Source: Tubulanus polymorphus
Lineage: Eukaryota > Animalia > Nemertea
Length of the DNA stretch: 64,000 nt
Reading direction: 5' to 3'
Assembly (NCBI RefSeq): GCF_964204645.1
Contig: NC_134027.1
Coordinates: forward strand, 21,972,560 to 22,036,559
Shown: one piece after another, positions 25,301-40,017 of the stretch
Numbering within the stretch: position 1 is the stretch's first letter
Layout of the letters: each line of letters starts with the position of its first letter
Made by a program: the position numbers and the translations under genes
Notes under the pieces: generated by a model
Seen by the model: the letters and a program-made list of their open reading frames with translations, nothing else
Told to the model about the DNA's origin: nothing
The model's database searches: none

Positions 25301-28300
25301 ATTGAGGCTTTAGTCCACGTTTCAGACGGTTCTTTTTCTAATTGTTTGTTAATCGATTCGTTTTGTTGATTCCGTTTTCAGGCAGCAGACACGTTAGCGG
25401 TTCGACAGAAACGTCGAATTTACGATATTACCAATGTTCTCGAAGGAATCGGTTTGATCGAGAAAAAATCTAAAAACAGCATACAATGGAAGTACGTATT
25501 CGATAAATCAACCCTGATTCATTATTCGCTAAGGTCTGATTTTGCCACTATCCCAGTCTACCGAGGATAGTAAAAGCAATTGAGGATAGCTGTTGACTTA
25601 TAAGTGAAGTGTTTTGGCGGGATAGTGTAATGTAATCGATACTGAGATGGCCATGACCCAACTCCTTTGTACATAACAACCAGTGTTAATAAACTATTCT
25701 CAAGGAAAGGAAACATTGCGGACTTTATATTTTTTCATGTGGGTGGGTTCATTTTTAATCAGTCGAGACTAAGGTACGTCAATGTTTTCCCGGCCTCCGA
25801 GTGTTTTCCATTGATCTAATAAAGTGTTGACGTATAAGTGAAGTATTTTGGCGGGATAGTGTAATGTAATCGATACTGAGATGGCCATGACCCAACTCCT
25901 TAGTACACAACAACCTGTGTTAATAAACTATTCTCAAGGTAAGGAAACATTGCGGACTTTATATTTTTTCATGTGGGTGGGTTCATTTTTAATCAGTCGA
26001 GACTAAGGTACGTCAATGTTTTCCAGGCCTCTGAGTGTTTTCCATTGATCTAATAAATGTTTTATTAAGTAAATGAATTCTAATGCACACGTATGATGTT
26101 GTAATAGTTGCGCGTGTAACATTTCCGCTTATTATTTTCTGTTGAATTAAAACCAAACGGAACTAAATGTTTCGCGAAACCCCCACACGCTACTGCCCTG
26201 TTTAAGTCGTGTTAACGTGTTCGATCTATTCGCAGAGGAGCCGGGCCCGGTTGCAATACGACGGAAATAGCGAACAGATTGGTCGAGTTACAAGAGGAAA
26301 TCAGTCAACTTGAAGCGAAAGAGAAACTGCTCGATCTTCACAAAGATTGGGTTCAACAGAGCATCAAGAACGTTCAAGACGAAGTCGGCAACAGCGAGTA
26401 TCCTTTTAACGTTAAAAACAAGCTGATTAGACTTCTTGACTTGTGATTATTCCCGAAAACAGAAACTGCTTTTAAACAAAGGCGCTTCAGGGTCCCTACA
26501 ACTCCTTGATTCCTTGAAAACTCTTTCTAAACCAAAAATATTTTTCAAGGTATAAATATCCTTGAATTTGAGCAAAATGCCCTCGGAAGTCCTTGGAAAC
26601 TCCTTGAATTTTGAGAAATTGGCAATTTTTTGGCTCGAGGCCTAGTTATTATATACAAAAATGGTTTACTGAGTAAAACAGTACTGATTTAGGAGGTGTC
26701 AACAGTAGTTGTGATATGAAAGTGATACAAACACTCCTCGAAATTTGAAATTTTCTCCTTGAAAAGTCTTTGAATTCTGGAATGACTGGTTTGTAGGATC
26801 TTGCTGCGCTTGGAACTCCTTCGATTTGAGCAAAATGTCCAAAACTCTTTCGACAATTTTAAGGACTAGGCAACTAGAAATGTTTGTATTTGTGATCAGG
26901 ATATTTTCTTCACCTAATTTAGGCAGAGTGTAAAGATTCTGGCGGTGCTCTGGGTCCCTGTGATTCCTTGATCCGATGAAAATTCCTTCAAAATGATAAA
27001 TGCTTTTAAAGGTGCCTGAAGCGCCTTTTATTTGAACAAAATGCCCGAGACTCCTCAATTTTGAGAATGGGGCAATTAGAAATCTTTGTCTGGTTTGAAG
27101 TTGTACTGTGGATACCCCTTAATCGGTACGTTCAGTTGGGCCCAGGGCCCCAGTTTCACAAAAAAGTGTAACCGAAGTTTTTGGCCCAGGATTTGTTTTT
27201 AACCAATTAGTCAGTTACCGAATCAGAAACCGAGTTTAGGTATTATAAAGAATAATCTTAAAGAATAACTGATATGATTGTACCAAGATGAGCAGTACAA
27301 ATTTTTTCAGGAATCTACAGTAGTTTTGATATGAAAGTGATGCAGATGCCTACTTAACGATGAAAACCGACAATTACTTCTATAAAATCAGTTTATTGCC
27401 TTACAGTTTCCCTCATCATCAGAGGAACAAAAATACTATAATGATTTATTGTATTTTTTGTTTCTCTGATGATGAGGTTTATTTTGAACCTTGAAACTGT
27501 AAGGCAATAAACTGTTTTTACAGAAGTAACTGTCGGTTATATTTGTTAACTCTACACTGAGACTTACATCAGTTCACTGCAGTCAGACGACGCTTGCTTG
27601 ATTGAAATATGAAATTTGCCTTTTAACTCGATGTATTCAGATTAGCGTACGTGACTCATGAAGATATTTGTGAATGTTTCGACGGGGATACGTTACTGGC
27701 TATACAAGCGCCGTCCGGTACGCAGCTGGAAGTACCGATACCGGAAACAGTGGTACGTTCTCATTGCTGCGGTTACATTTCGAAATGCATGAAATAAAAG
27801 TGCAGACTATTGTATCGACGAGAATGGAGGTGGTGGTCGAAAAACTGATTTAATTTATGTAGTAAAGAATGTATTAAGCACCACATCCTCGCTTGCCAGG
27901 GACACTCCCAGAACTTCCACCAGCCCCCGGACCTCACAATGGGCGATTTCAATACTTGCCCTTTTGCGCATGACTACTTCCTTGTTCGGTAAAATGTTCG
28001 CTGATTGGTCCATTTAACAAGAAAACCAAGCGTAATGTTATTTGTGACAAGCGCTGTGATTGGCCCGACCTGATTCTGGTCGGCTAGTAACGACTCCAAC
28101 AACTTGTGAGAGGTCAAGCTGTTCGGGGAACAGCTTTAGCGTAGCGGGTTGGAATCCCCCTTCATGGTGAAGATGTAAACACCATGGAAAGAAGCCTCCC
28201 CATCGAACCCTTCACATTTTAGGCGTTTTGCCTTATCGACCTAGTGAAATCGCACGACAAATAATTTGTGGCTGTGAAGAGCAGTGAATTCTTAAGTAAT

Positions 28301-31300
28301 TATGCTAACCTTCAAGGCTATACACAATTTATCACCTTCATATCATCTAAACTCGTCACACTTCACTTTCCACATCATTTGATCAGCTATTAGTCAGGTT
28401 TCATTAGCTGTTCCTTCTTCTCATAGTCAGTCTATGGGGTCTGGCTTATAAGTATATTATAAACAACTGTGCTATCTTTTGTCTAAAGTTATTAACCCTT
28501 TCAGTGCTGAATAATCAATACCCCTATTATAGTGCTGTTAGATAATTTGAAAATTTTGAAAAATTCCACCCTAGTGTGTTGAATAACAGGAATACCACTA
28601 TAGTGCGTCTACACTACGCTGCGGTGTATCGTTAGTGACTAGTATTTCACTATGTTTGACAGGTGCTACCATCTTTTGATGGAGATGAAAATAATCACTA
28701 ATTACATCAAATACACCGCAGTGCAGTGTACTAGCAAATCTATCACCGATTCATACACCGCACTGAAAGGGTTAAGTGCTAACCGTGTTTGGTGACCTAC
28801 GTTCATTTTGTTCTAGCATTGTAACAAAAAAGTTCGACTTAAAAATTGTATTCTACGTTTTGATTTTCAGGGAATGGGTCAGAAGAAAAAATATCAGATA
28901 CACTTAAAAAGTCACTCGGGTCAAATCTATGTGTTATTAGTCAACAAGGACAACGACAGTAGCAATCCGATGGTCGTGCAGGTGCCGCCACCTGATGGTT
29001 TAAACGTGCAACAAAACGTCAAATCCGAACAGAATTCCTCATTCAACGTGTCCTCTCCGAAGGTTTGTCAACATCTGTTTGAATTATCTATTCAGTGGTC
29101 AGATTGATGTAAAAAAAAGTGGAAAAATTGATCTCTACTGTAACAAGAAAACTAACGTTGAAGATTTCTTGACGTCTTGTAACAGGTGTATTCCGTAATG
29201 TCAACAATGAGTAAAATGATATCATATTTTGGCGAGGATCGATGAATTCGGTTTGAATATATCGATCATTGAATTGAATTGACTGGCAACCAGTCCAGCC
29301 CGGATATATCGATGACGTAGTGCACATCCTCTCAAATAATATTATTAAAATTTATCAAAATTAGAATGGAGAGTTATGAAATTTATTCAATTGCAAAATA
29401 AACCCGAAAATTCTTATTTTGAAACGCCAATATTGATGACATCGACTGTATAACGCATACGAGGTATCAATCAATGTGTATAGACATTATTGTAACGGTT
29501 TTAACTACGTCAAAAAAAATGTGAACATTTTGGTAAATCTGTGCAAAAATCACGAAAATATGTGAAAACAATGTCTGTGTATCAGAATATTTTGATTCAT
29601 TTAAAAGCCACAGGCCTATACCACCCCAAAATTAATGAACAAGCTGTGTTAAAGTTAAATTACTTCTAATCTATCCACATTGTGATAAGTAACCGTAATC
29701 TTGGTTTGAAAAATCATGTGAATGTTCAAAATCCTGGTATTTTGTTGTGACAAAAGCCATGAATTGTAAGGATGTGAAACTTCCTGAGAGTTCATCAATC
29801 TGACTCCTGTTTATTTGTTTTATGAACGTTAACGAAATGTCGTGTTGAAACTTGTTTTTCGTTTGAAATTTCAGACTCGTAGCAGCGCGAAATCGTCGTC
29901 TGTCGTAGATGCGGCGCCACCTGCCACGCGAATGACGACTCGGTCATCACCTCGGCGACAAGATCCGGCCGCTAGTTACCAAGGTGATTTTCCCTTTTTT
30001 GTAAATGTGTCTGCGAAAATAACTGGTAGGCCACTTACCTAGAAATGAGGGTAAAGCCGGGAATTTTGTAAAATAGCTCGGTATCAGGGGGAAAGTCGGG
30101 TAAATTTGATGAGATTTTTAGTTTGCGCATAAAATCGAATAGTTTCTGTCTATGTCTTGCATGTTCGACTGTTAGTTGGTTGAACTCTTAGCAAATCTGT
30201 CGGGGAAAACAACGCGCTTGTCAGAAAATAGTCAGAGGAAAAGGGAAAATGACTACCCTGGATAATATGTAATGACTAATTATGTAAATGACCAATGGGG
30301 TACCGTTTCCACTGTGGCAAGTGAGCATCCGCCAGGTTTGCCATACTGAAGAAAAACAAACAGTATATAAAGCCAAAAAAATTATACCCTGTTTCTAGTC
30401 GTCGGTTAAGCCAAGCTCAGGTCGACTTACGACCGGACTAGATTGTCGTTTGAGAACGGCGGTAGTACACACGTGACTGCTCATTGCCGATTCATTTGTC
30501 TCACACGATCATCACCGAGTCTAAAAGTCATGTGACGCAAAACAGGTCGCTAATTGGCTACGACGATCTGATCGGGTCGCAGAAGATAGAACGATTTGTT
30601 CTATCCTTGAGAATTCGACTTACGATCCGTCTGCAATCTCAATCAGTCGCAGTCGTAAGTACATTCACGTCGAAAATTTTCCCGATTGAAAAATAGCAGA
30701 CTCGCCTCCTTCAGATCCGACGATCTGATCGGGTCGTTAGTTGAATTGAGCTTTACTTTAAACCGATCCGGATTAAGGGCGTTTCCCTGGAAATCACGGA
30801 ATTTCGTCTTAAAAAGAACTTATAAGAAAAAGGGTCGAGGTGGTTAAATTGCGCGTATAATTCAATAGTTCCCGCCTATGTTTCAAGTATTAGACTGACT
30901 ATTGTAAATTGTTATGATTCTTGGCATATGGTGTCAGGGAAAACGACGAACATGTCAGGGAATAGTCGGCAAAAACCGAATCAAATGAAAGTGGCCACTG
31001 GGTTTTTGATAGCGGGTTTGACTGAGTCTAGTATCGGTTGATAAATTGATCAGTGAATGAAATTCATCGACTTTGATTGGCAATATTTCCAACGGGTCTA
31101 AAATGCGCGCGTTCGTTATTATTGCAGTTGAGAATAAAGCACCGGTTGCTGTAGATCCGTTGAAAGATATATCGCCGATGGACACCGATTTCGATCCGAC
31201 TAAAGATCCGCTGTCCGGCGAATTGATCGATGAATTGATGTCGTCAGAAAGTAAGTTCAACCTTTCACCCTGTATTCAAGCAGAGGTCAGCGTGGGTGAA

Positions 31301-32400
31301 CTTGGAATAGGTCGACTGTAGGTTCACGCATTGACACACGGCTTTTTGAAGAGAAATTGAGAAGTTGTCTCAACTTCCCGATTTCTCAACTTCTGACCCA
31401 GTTAGAAAGATAAACAAAGTTATGTCCAGATGTTTGTTCACACACACACACGCACAATTCACGCAACTCCAGCTGAGCATAGATACAGCATTGCATTTAT
31501 CCAGCTGGATTTAACGAGAAATGAGTAGTATGCGGCGCAGTATATCGTTAGTTACTAATATTTCACTATGTTTGACAAGTGCTGCCATCTTTCAATAGAG
31601 ATAAAGGCTAATTACTAATTACATCAATACACCGCAGTGCGGTGTACTAGCAAAATCCATCACCGATTCATACACTGCACTGCGGAGTAGACGCACTGAA
31701 AGGGTTAATTTGATGAGATTTTATCAAAGGTTGATGGTAGAAATGTATTGCCTTCTCTTGCCACAAATGAAGACTATGAAAATGCGCGCGAATGTGCTGC
31801 ATGTTGATAGACTAGATTTCTCTCAACTAGTCGATCCTAGATTGTATCGAGGAAAATCGAGTAACTTTTTCGTTCACACACATGACTCACTTCAAAACAG
31901 AAGTGTGTTGCTCGATTCCTCGATGAAAAATCGTGTGTGTGAACCTAGCATTACTGAAACCGAATGCCAGCTAGTCTGAACTATAGTCCGGAAATGGTCG
32001 ACCACGCAGGATTGGAGAACGGTCGCTGTAGTTCGGACCTGTTTCCATAATGGCCGACACTGAAATTCATTACAACGGAAATAAGTGTGTTCTGTTATTA
32101 GCTCCGGCCACTGTTTGACTAACCATGAAAACCGATGTTTGCCCCGTCCTATAAAACATCCGACTTGATCAACTTTTACTTTTCCAAATTTATTCCTCAA
32201 AACATTTGTCAATTAGAAAAATGAAATTAATTTTTTTGCCCTGAAAGATAACATTTAAAATTTGTTTTTTTTTTCCGATTTCAGTGTTTTCGCCGTTGTT
32301 ACGACTGAGCCCGCCACCTAGTGATAAAGATTATTACTTCAATTTGGACGATACAGAAGGCGTTTGCGATTTATTCGACGGGGTACCTCTGATTATGTAG
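22310..32400 (+). CDS. E2F4/5: Transcription factor E2F4/5 (8 coding exons, 349 aa)
   Basis: Exons 22310-22435, 25382-25491, 26236-26397, 27641-27752, 28871-29062, 29875-29983, 31128-31250, 32285-32400. Motifs [37 protein letters not shown], marked box, and pocket-protein motif [17 protein letters not shown]. Phases are consistent throughout. Confidence 0.96.
22570..23482. mobile_element. MITE with internal (CCCTAA)n tract, carrying a nested ~500-bp foldback element (22883-23388)
   Basis: Outer TIR GCAATTTGTGTAATGTTGAAACCATCCACAAA with its reverse complement at ~23451-23482. Inner long inverted repeat CTACTGTCTGTCACAC...GTGTGACAGACAGTAG flanked by ACC. Confidence 0.75.
23540..24137. mobile_element. 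Long foldback (palindromic) MITE-like element in E2F intron 1
   Basis: GTAAAAGTGCAGATCCGCACCTCTCGTAAATGGTTCAATA... is mirrored by ...TATTGAACCATTTACGAGAGGTGCGGACCTGCACTTTTAC, with imperfect arms of roughly 250 bp. Confidence 0.8.
25591..26057. repeat. Tandem duplication, two ~234-bp units, in E2F intron 2
   Basis: Near-identical units start at 25591 and 25825. Confidence 0.95.
26398..27640 (+). other. U12-type (minor spliceosome) GT-AG intron of E2F4/5
   Basis: 5' site GTATCCTTTT; branch-like TGCCTTTTAAC about 14 nt before the AG; no long pyrimidine tract. E2F genes are known to carry a conserved U12 intron. Confidence 0.88.
27364..27540. mobile_element. Inverted-repeat remnant with hammerhead-like core (Penelope-like terminal repeat)
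   Basis: Inverted arms. The + arm reads CTGATGA-tGAGGTT(loop)AACCTT-GAAAC-T-GTA. Confidence 0.55.
28496..28771. mobile_element. piggyBac-type MITE family (TTAA TSD). Other copies at ~31520-31703, ~47280-47525, 49268-49541, 51324-51621, ~54358-54600 (inverted), 55620-~55910, ~59060-59268
   Basis: TTAA|CCCTTTCAGTGC...GCACTGAAAGGG|TTAA termini and a shared internal sequence across eight copies. Confidence 0.9.
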
Positions 32401-35400
32401 TGTCGAGACTTAACTGTCCAGCAATGTGCCGCCATCTGCTGGTCTTGAGATGAACTGAAATGGCGATTTTGTGAGAAGATCTGAGGCGTATTTGATTCCT
32501 ACACCCTTCACTTAGCCTTCAGTAGTCAATTCACTTTCAAACCGTTGCTTGTATGGTTTTATTCTGTTTACCAGACAAAACAAATCTGGTTTGAGCAGAT
32601 TAGTCTAATTTGCACCTTCGACTTATGGTTAATAAACAAGTTGCCGGAACAAATTTACACTATAATTTTGATTGCGTCCCGCAATTTTCATCATGGCAGC
32701 AGCTGCCTGCATATTAGGCGTTTTAAACCAATCGGTACGAACGATCCCAGCACTAACTGCCTGAAATTGACCGACACAACGTTATACCTGCAGATTTTAG
32801 TAAATCTTTTGCGTGGCTAACAACGTGCAATTTCAGAAAGTTAGTTTTTCAACAGTAGCTCTGCTAATAATGATGTTGTCTCACAGAATTGTCTTCTAGC
32901 CAACAACATCTCCGATATTGCCAGGGTTCAGTTACCAACTACCAGAACCAATGGACTGCAATCAGTTTAAATCTGTCTTTCCTTTGTTCGCCCAACATTT
33001 TGTTAGCGCTAGCTGGTTTGTGGCATTGCTCATTGCAGATAAGTCCATCTATTTAGTCTATTGGAAGCACCAGGTAATATTAGAATAATCAGCAAAATAA
33101 ATGCACGGTTGGCAAAGTTAAGAGCATTAAGCAAACAAAGGTCTAAACAGAAGCCGCTATTTTGGGGGTTAAGCTCGAATCAGGGGCAACTGATAATGTA
33201 TTAACATTTTTAAGCGAATGCGGAAATAATTGAATGTAGAATTTTGGAATGCATTTATTTGCTGGTAGAATCACACGCATTGCGGTGGTATATTTGTGTA
33301 TCATAAATTGTATATATTTGTATTTAAAAACACTCGTGTAGTTTATTATAATCCAGTCATTGTAAATATAATGTATTTCATATCAAATTATTTTTGTTTT
33401 TTTTAATGTTTCATAACTTAAACTTACAGAAGAAGAGCTCGATTTTGGCAGTTGCTGAGGAAACCAGAATTTTGATACCAGAATACTGAAACTTGAAATG
33501 ACAGGATACAAATACTTTTAACATTTTCAGATATCTATTAATTCAATTCTTTTCTCTGCGATCTGTCGATTAGAAACTTAAAAAGCAAACTGAGATGCCA
33601 AACTTCAAGTTGCGATACTCTCGATCATTGTTCAAATTGAATACCTTGGTCAACTTCAGTCGAGGACCAGAAATCATACTAAACATGCAGCGCCTTACGC
33701 TGCAGAGAATTCGGCAAAAAGTGGATTTTCGAACCAATTCCGATGGTTGCCCTTACTTGGTGAATGGTTGACGGTGACCTGTGCGTATTTTGATGCGCAA
33801 AAATAGCTATGTACCCTATCTACTGAAGAATCCATGGTATATTCTGCAGCCAGGCTTACTTCAGGTCAACTGTGACCAGATCGATGTAATCATTATGGAT
33901 TCATTACAGTGTACTTCAAGTGTACCAGCGAATCGCATTACATATTTATATGTGCATTTATTTCTGAGAAAGGTATTGGCGGACAAATTAATCCTAATGC
34001 AGGCTGTTAAGGGGTTTCTCTACCCCCTTGCATCATTCAGATGCTAGGTATGGCCCTGATGTGCATACAGAAACTAAAACAGAAGTGTTATCCTGGCAGG
34101 TTTTGGTTAATCGACAAAAATACACGTACATGTAGTCACAAAGCGAGCCAAAAAGCATTTTTCTGTTCCACGTTTGTCCTGATGTGCGTGCTTTGTTGAT
34201 CATTGTTTCAATTGATGTTGAATTTAATTTTTATAATTAGGAAATCAAAATGGTGGCAGATAATCAAGATTTTACTGCGTATTTGAAATCAATCAATTGT
34301 GGTGCATTAAGAAATTTACAACATGACTAGTTATTTCATTGTCGACTAATTCAGTTTCTTGTTATTTTTTCTACCAGTTCAAGGATTAATTCCAGGGTCA
34401 AATTAAAGGCGTTATAAAAATAGGCCCTATTGAGTATCAATTCAAACTGCTGAATGTAAATGCCGTACAAACAAGAGTAGAAAACACTACAAAACGTATT
34501 CCTGAAAAATATTTTATTCAAATTATGCGCTATTTACAAGATAGGAACTCCATAACATTTTTTTCTTAAGAAGGGACTTTTTGTTTAGGGGAATACATTC
34601 ATAGTAATAATTATATTTTCAACATAAAGTTTGTATTTGTATAGTAGAGTACACAACACGAGAAGGGTGCAAAAACAAACAACGAAAGGTTACTATTTGC
34701 TTAACAGAAAAATCATCAGCCATTCTAGAGTAGTCTTTATCAATATATGTACACTTCACTCGAAAACTATTTCATAAATATTTAAATAATGAATATAATT
34801 ATATTATCTATATAAACAATAATGTTATGTCGCTTTGAAAAGAACGTTTCGCGGAAAACCCGGTTTTATAAATCACCCGATAACGATTGCAATGTTGAGA
34901 AAATAATGGAAGAATAATATATCTCGAACCCTGATTATTCAACGACGCACGTGTAATTCAATCGATTGATATAAACTGATCAAAACGAAACAAATTTCGG
35001 CCGACTGAATCGTTTAAGCGGCAGAGACGAGGTAGAAAAACACCACAGACGACAGCTGTCTGAATCGATACGTGAATAAAGTGTATAATTACCACTACTG
35101 CACTCGCATATGTTTCGAAACTGAAATTTCTGTTCGATTCTGATTTTGAAATTCTTCTACATTTCGAAGTCCAACTCGTATAACATGCTGGCAATCACTC
35201 GTCGGTTTAAGCTAGAATGTTCGCGCAATATAATATACCGTACTGTCGTAACGTGAATGACGACTAAAACAGTTAGGAATAATTGCTTCATGCGTAAAAT
35301 TCATTACAATTTTTTTTTAGATTTTAAAGCTTTTTTTAAACGTTAAGACTGAAAGATATGATCTCATTCTTCCTTCGATCAGCAGAATTTTGTGCGCGTT

Positions 35401-38400
35401 CTCGATAAATGGGATTCTTCGGAGCCCCCCCACGCACGCTTCCATAATTTAACGAGAAGAGGTTTCATCGTCTCCAAGCACAGAAGGTAATTGACCAAAC
35501 ATTGGTTAAAGATAACCGGTGGATAAATACCACAGTTTTAAATTGTCACTATGTCAACTATCCACTTGTTAACTCTAAACAACTTTTCAGCAACTGGCCC
35601 CTGACTACCTAATATATCTAATTGTAGGCCTAGTAGTTTGACACCAAAAATAGTAGTTCAATTGAAAATGAACTAGGAATTATTCTGATTTTCAGAGCAT
35701 TTCGATCATAGATTTAATGAGTAGTTCAGCTCTTAAAGAGTAGAAATTACTCGGAAAACAACATATTTTTACAGCATTAGGTATATTTTCAATTGAAAAT
35801 GAACTACCGGAGTAGGAATTATTCTGATTTTAAGAGTATTTCAATAATCTTATGATTATCTGAGCTCTTCAACAGTATAAATTACTCAAAACACAACAAA
35901 CTTATGCAGCGTTTAATAATTCCACTGGTGAAGTTAAAATTAGCTCTTACGAATTGTAACGCACTATAGTCCTATAAATTGGTATAAAAGAGGTTATGGC
36001 AGTGTATTGTCAGAAGTCTACTAGTCTTTGTAACTGAACGTTGTCTAGGGTAACCACTTCTACGCTAGAGCTTATGTATTGTATATGTCTGGAGACGTGT
36101 TCTCGTAAACCGTGACATTGCATTTCATAACATGTTTTCACAATTCTAAAATGTGGATCTTCTTTATATGACCTGGCACAATTTTCAAACCCATGGCTAT
36201 GCTTTTATAGAGTCTATGCCGTTGCTTTCAAGAGTTTATCTTGATCAATAGCTTGATACAGTTAACCTCATTTAACTCGTACATAACTAACTTTGACTTC
36301 GGACTAGCTCAATCTTACTAACACAAAATCATTTTTTACTTCCTCACATATTTTACAATCCAAATTTGACTTAAATCGCTTAAGACAAATTTTGCCGATG
36401 CCAGGCGAGGTTTACTGTAGTCAAGCCTATGACCAATACCTAATAAATAAACCTTTAACTGCAGACACGGGGCCAGTATATTGGTATTTGATTAGACTCT
36501 TGAAAAACGATATGTTTCACATTCAAATTCGTACAAAAAACCAAGCAGCAAAAAAAAAAACTTGACAGATAATTTCTTTTTTTTCAAATATAAATATATG
36601 CGATATATATTCAGATACCATTTACAACATTTTACAATATATCATCTATCGTTATCATAAGATTTTTAAAAACAAATTTCATAAAAATTCAATCCGCACA
36701 AAAATATGTTGTACCGTCCAACATATACAACGCCATCTATATATTCACGCGTAGAGGTAGGATTTTACTTCGCTAGGACTGATCGCCTAAATATGGAAAA
36801 GATGACAGCTTTGAAAAATCGAAGTAAAAAAAACATGGTTAAAAGTCGATGAAATTTGATTACAAATCAAGTACGAATGAATCAGCCAGATCAGGAAGAT
36901 ATATAATATTCTTAAAAAGATTCTCAAAGCCAGAATGGTTCAATATAGAAGATAAAATAAATATCCTTAACATGATCACTTTTTATGTTTCGAAAGGGAG
37001 ATATGGACATTTTGCCTCGGATCCGACAAACCCGATACATTTTCTCTATTTCGGTACAATCGGAGCTATGACATCGTTTGAATTTCAGTAAACTCCACTA
37101 GCCTCTCGGATCTCTCGGGACCGATCATTATCGCGTGAAATTCATCGCCTGGTACACGCGATTATCCGAGGCAATCGCGGAGTCTGTACTAGATTTTTAA
37201 AAAAGTTTCGTCCCGAGCAATCGCGGAGTCTACAGCACACGTATATACACATACACAACGAAAAATACATCACATACTTCCGAGAATAACTTAAAAATTC
37301 ACAAGTGCATTTATATCGTCTACAATTAAAAAACAAAACACGAACTAAAACTAAGTTAAAACACACTGAAATTACGCTTCCGCGTTGTTTAAAGTTTACA
37401 TTCATTATTAATTGATTAAACAATGATCAATCGTATTGCAGTTTAATAGTATTCTGGATCCAGTTCCACAGTTCCCGAGTTAAATTTGACTCGATAAGAG
37501 TTAAAACATTGAAAACAAACTAATTTTAACTCAGAGTTAACTCAAACTCAAAACCGTGGAACCGGGCCCTGACGAGTTCGCTATGAAAAGTCCAGTTTCG
37601 TTCGAAGGTCCGGGTTTCACGAGCGCGAAAAAGTTAAAACTCAAATTTCTGGCTCGGTCAATGTTGTGGGTTTAGTTTTCACGAAACCGCACACAGGTGA
37701 CCAGAAAACGCATTTCTCACAACCGATAGTTTGTCGGTGATATGAAATGATTAGAATTCTATGTTTCCGATAAAAACTTAGCTACGACGAACTTCACAGC
37801 AGAGTGTTCTCCACTAAAGAAAAGGTTTTAGAGGGGTGGCCGCCCCTTTCGTTTTTACATCCACGCCTCTGATAATCAGCCATATATATTATATAATATC
37901 TACCGCCCCTACCAGAAATAGAAGCTCACACCAAAATTTTAAGTTCCTGTGCTTTAATTTTGCGGCATCTAAAGCCCTGCAACTTCAGCAGCCACAATGT
38001 CATACACAATTAACTATGAATGCAGCCGGACTTTAAAAATAATTCCAGCATTATGGAGAACACTGAGCAGCAGAATCGAAAAATGTGTTCGTTTTCAACC
38101 GATAGTTCGTTAAATTACAACAAGGTTATACCGTATATTCAGCTGTTAAAATCTGTTTCTTACGCGATCGGTGTTGGCTTTACGAACGAGCGACAACTTT
38201 CTCGGGATCACAGTGTTTTTTCTAAAACGTAAAACAAAAACAAAAAATAATACATTTAACGCAGTCACACTCACGTTGTGGTAAACGAATAAACAAAAGG
38301 AATGTACGTGTTGAACTTTTGGCCGACCGCGATTCCGACATTTCGAAATCGACTTCGCGCGAGATAAATCCGCGGATCAGCGCAATTCCAGTCAGCTTCG

Positions 38401-39060
38401 AAATAAATAGTGCTGTTTTCATTAAATAAAATTTACTTTTTTCACACGCGCGAATAAGTTCCTCGTAAACGGGTGACAATTATCCAGATCTTCTCCGTCT
38501 CGCCCAGGGTCCCTACGGATCTGGATATACTGGTAAGGAGGTTTCAAAGAGTTTTTTAAAGGGGAAAATTTTAAATCTTGAGCACCATGTATCCCAATTA
38601 CAGTAGACTCCTCCTAAATCGGTACTGGGCCCAGTTTTCACGAAAAAGCGCAAGCCTAAAATGGTTAAGTTTGGATTCTTTTCCTTATCGAAAACATGAA
38701 GTAACCAATAGCAATTACACAGAAAATTTGATTGAAAATTTTTTCGTGAAACTAGACCCAGTTTATTTCGGCAAACCGTTAGTTCAGTGGTTTTGGAAGC
38801 AATCTATCCTTAAACCTGGTTTCTTATTTGATAAACGTCTAATCGGGTGAAAAAAGATCCCGCTCCCAACTATTACCGATCCAGGTGTAGTCTATTGTAA
38901 ATTTCGATTTGCCTATTTCTCAAAATTGAATATTTCGGCATTTTGCTCAAACGAAAGGAGTTTCGAGCACGTTTAAAAGCATTTTCAATTTAAGAAGTAA
39001 TTTGAAATCAGTCGTAGGAACCCTGTCTCTCTAACTCCGCCCACCGAAGTCGACGCCGTT

Positions 39061-40017
39061 TTATTTGCTTACTTGAGTCCAGTCGAATACGTAGTCGAAC
39101 TGATAGTTCAACGTGCGAAACAAAATTCGGAACAACTGCCGCAGGTACATGTAGTCGGGCGCCTCCTCGAAACGAAGACCCTTGCAGTAATTCAAATACA
39201 TCGAGAACTCGGCCGGGAAACCCTTGCACAAAACCTCCACCGGCGTCGACATCTTCTTTTCGCTGATGCGCTCGTATTTTTGCTTTTTCGTTGCTGCCTT
39301 CAAGCCCTGCCACGGCAGATTGCTGCGGTTGAAGTACATCAACACGTAGCCGAGCGACTCCATGTCGTCGCGGCGGCTCTGCTCGATGCCGAGGTGCGCG
39401 TTGATGCTCGCGTAGCGCGCCGTGCCTGTCAGATTTTTATCCTCGCGATACGGTATGTGCTGCTTCGACCGGCTGTCGCGGTACTTTTTCGCGAGGCCGA
39501 AATCGATGAGGTAAAGTTTGTTGCAGTGCCGCCCGATGCCCATCAGAAAGTTATCGGGCTTGATGTCGCGGTGGATAAAGTTTTTCGTGTGCACGTACTC
39601 GATGCGTCCGATCATCTGATCGGCGAGCATTAGAACGGTTTTCATGTTGAATTTACGATGGCAGAAATTGAACAGATCTTCCAAACTCGGCCCGAGAAGG
39701 TCCATCACTAGCACGTTGTAGTCGCCTTGCTCGGCGCCAAAGAACTTCATATGCGGTATACCGACGCCCCCTTGCAGGATTTTGTAGAGTTTACTCTCGT
39801 ACAGTAATTGAGGGTGTCGCGCTTTCGTCGATTCCAATTTCACGGCGACCTCTTCGCCGTTGACCGTATTCACGCCCAGGTAAATATCGCCGAACGAACC
39901 GCTGCCGATTTTTCGAGTCAGACGATATTTCGATTTTTCGCCGACGATAAATTCGTTACGGCCGGACTTGCGGTCGGCGCCGCCGGCCATCGCCGACTTC
40001 TTTGTATATTCACTCAT
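39061..40017 (-). CDS. CSNK1A1: Casein kinase I alpha
   Basis: [41 protein letters not shown] (alpha-type), [37 protein letters not shown] 5'-UTR splice acceptor lies near 40258. The ORF end (CAA|GTAAGC) may be a splice donor. Confidence 0.96.
   Translation of the reverse strand: MSEYTKKSAMAGGADRKSGRNEFIVGEKSKYRLTRKIGSGSFGDIYLGVNTVNGEEVAVKLESTKARHPQLLYESKLYKILQGGVGIPHMKFFGAEQGDYNVLVMDLLGPSLEDLFNFCHRKFNMKTVLMLADQMIGRIEYVHTKNFIHRDIKPDNFLMGIGRHCNKLYLIDFGLAKKYRDSRSKQHIPYREDKNLTGTARYASINAHLGIEQSRRDDMESLGYVLMYFNRSNLPWQGLKAATKKQKYERISEKKMSTPVEVLCKGFPAEFSMYLNYCKGLRFEEAPDYMYLRQLFRILFRTLNYQFDYVFDWTQVSK

Noticed and set aside
34958-38479. Candidate CK1-alpha C-terminal exons (acceptors near 38396 and 35058)
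   Set aside because: Their translations do not resemble a CK1-alpha tail; cannot be supported without transcripts.
39073-39633. 186-aa plus-strand ORF
   Set aside because: Antisense shadow of the GC-rich CK1 coding exon.
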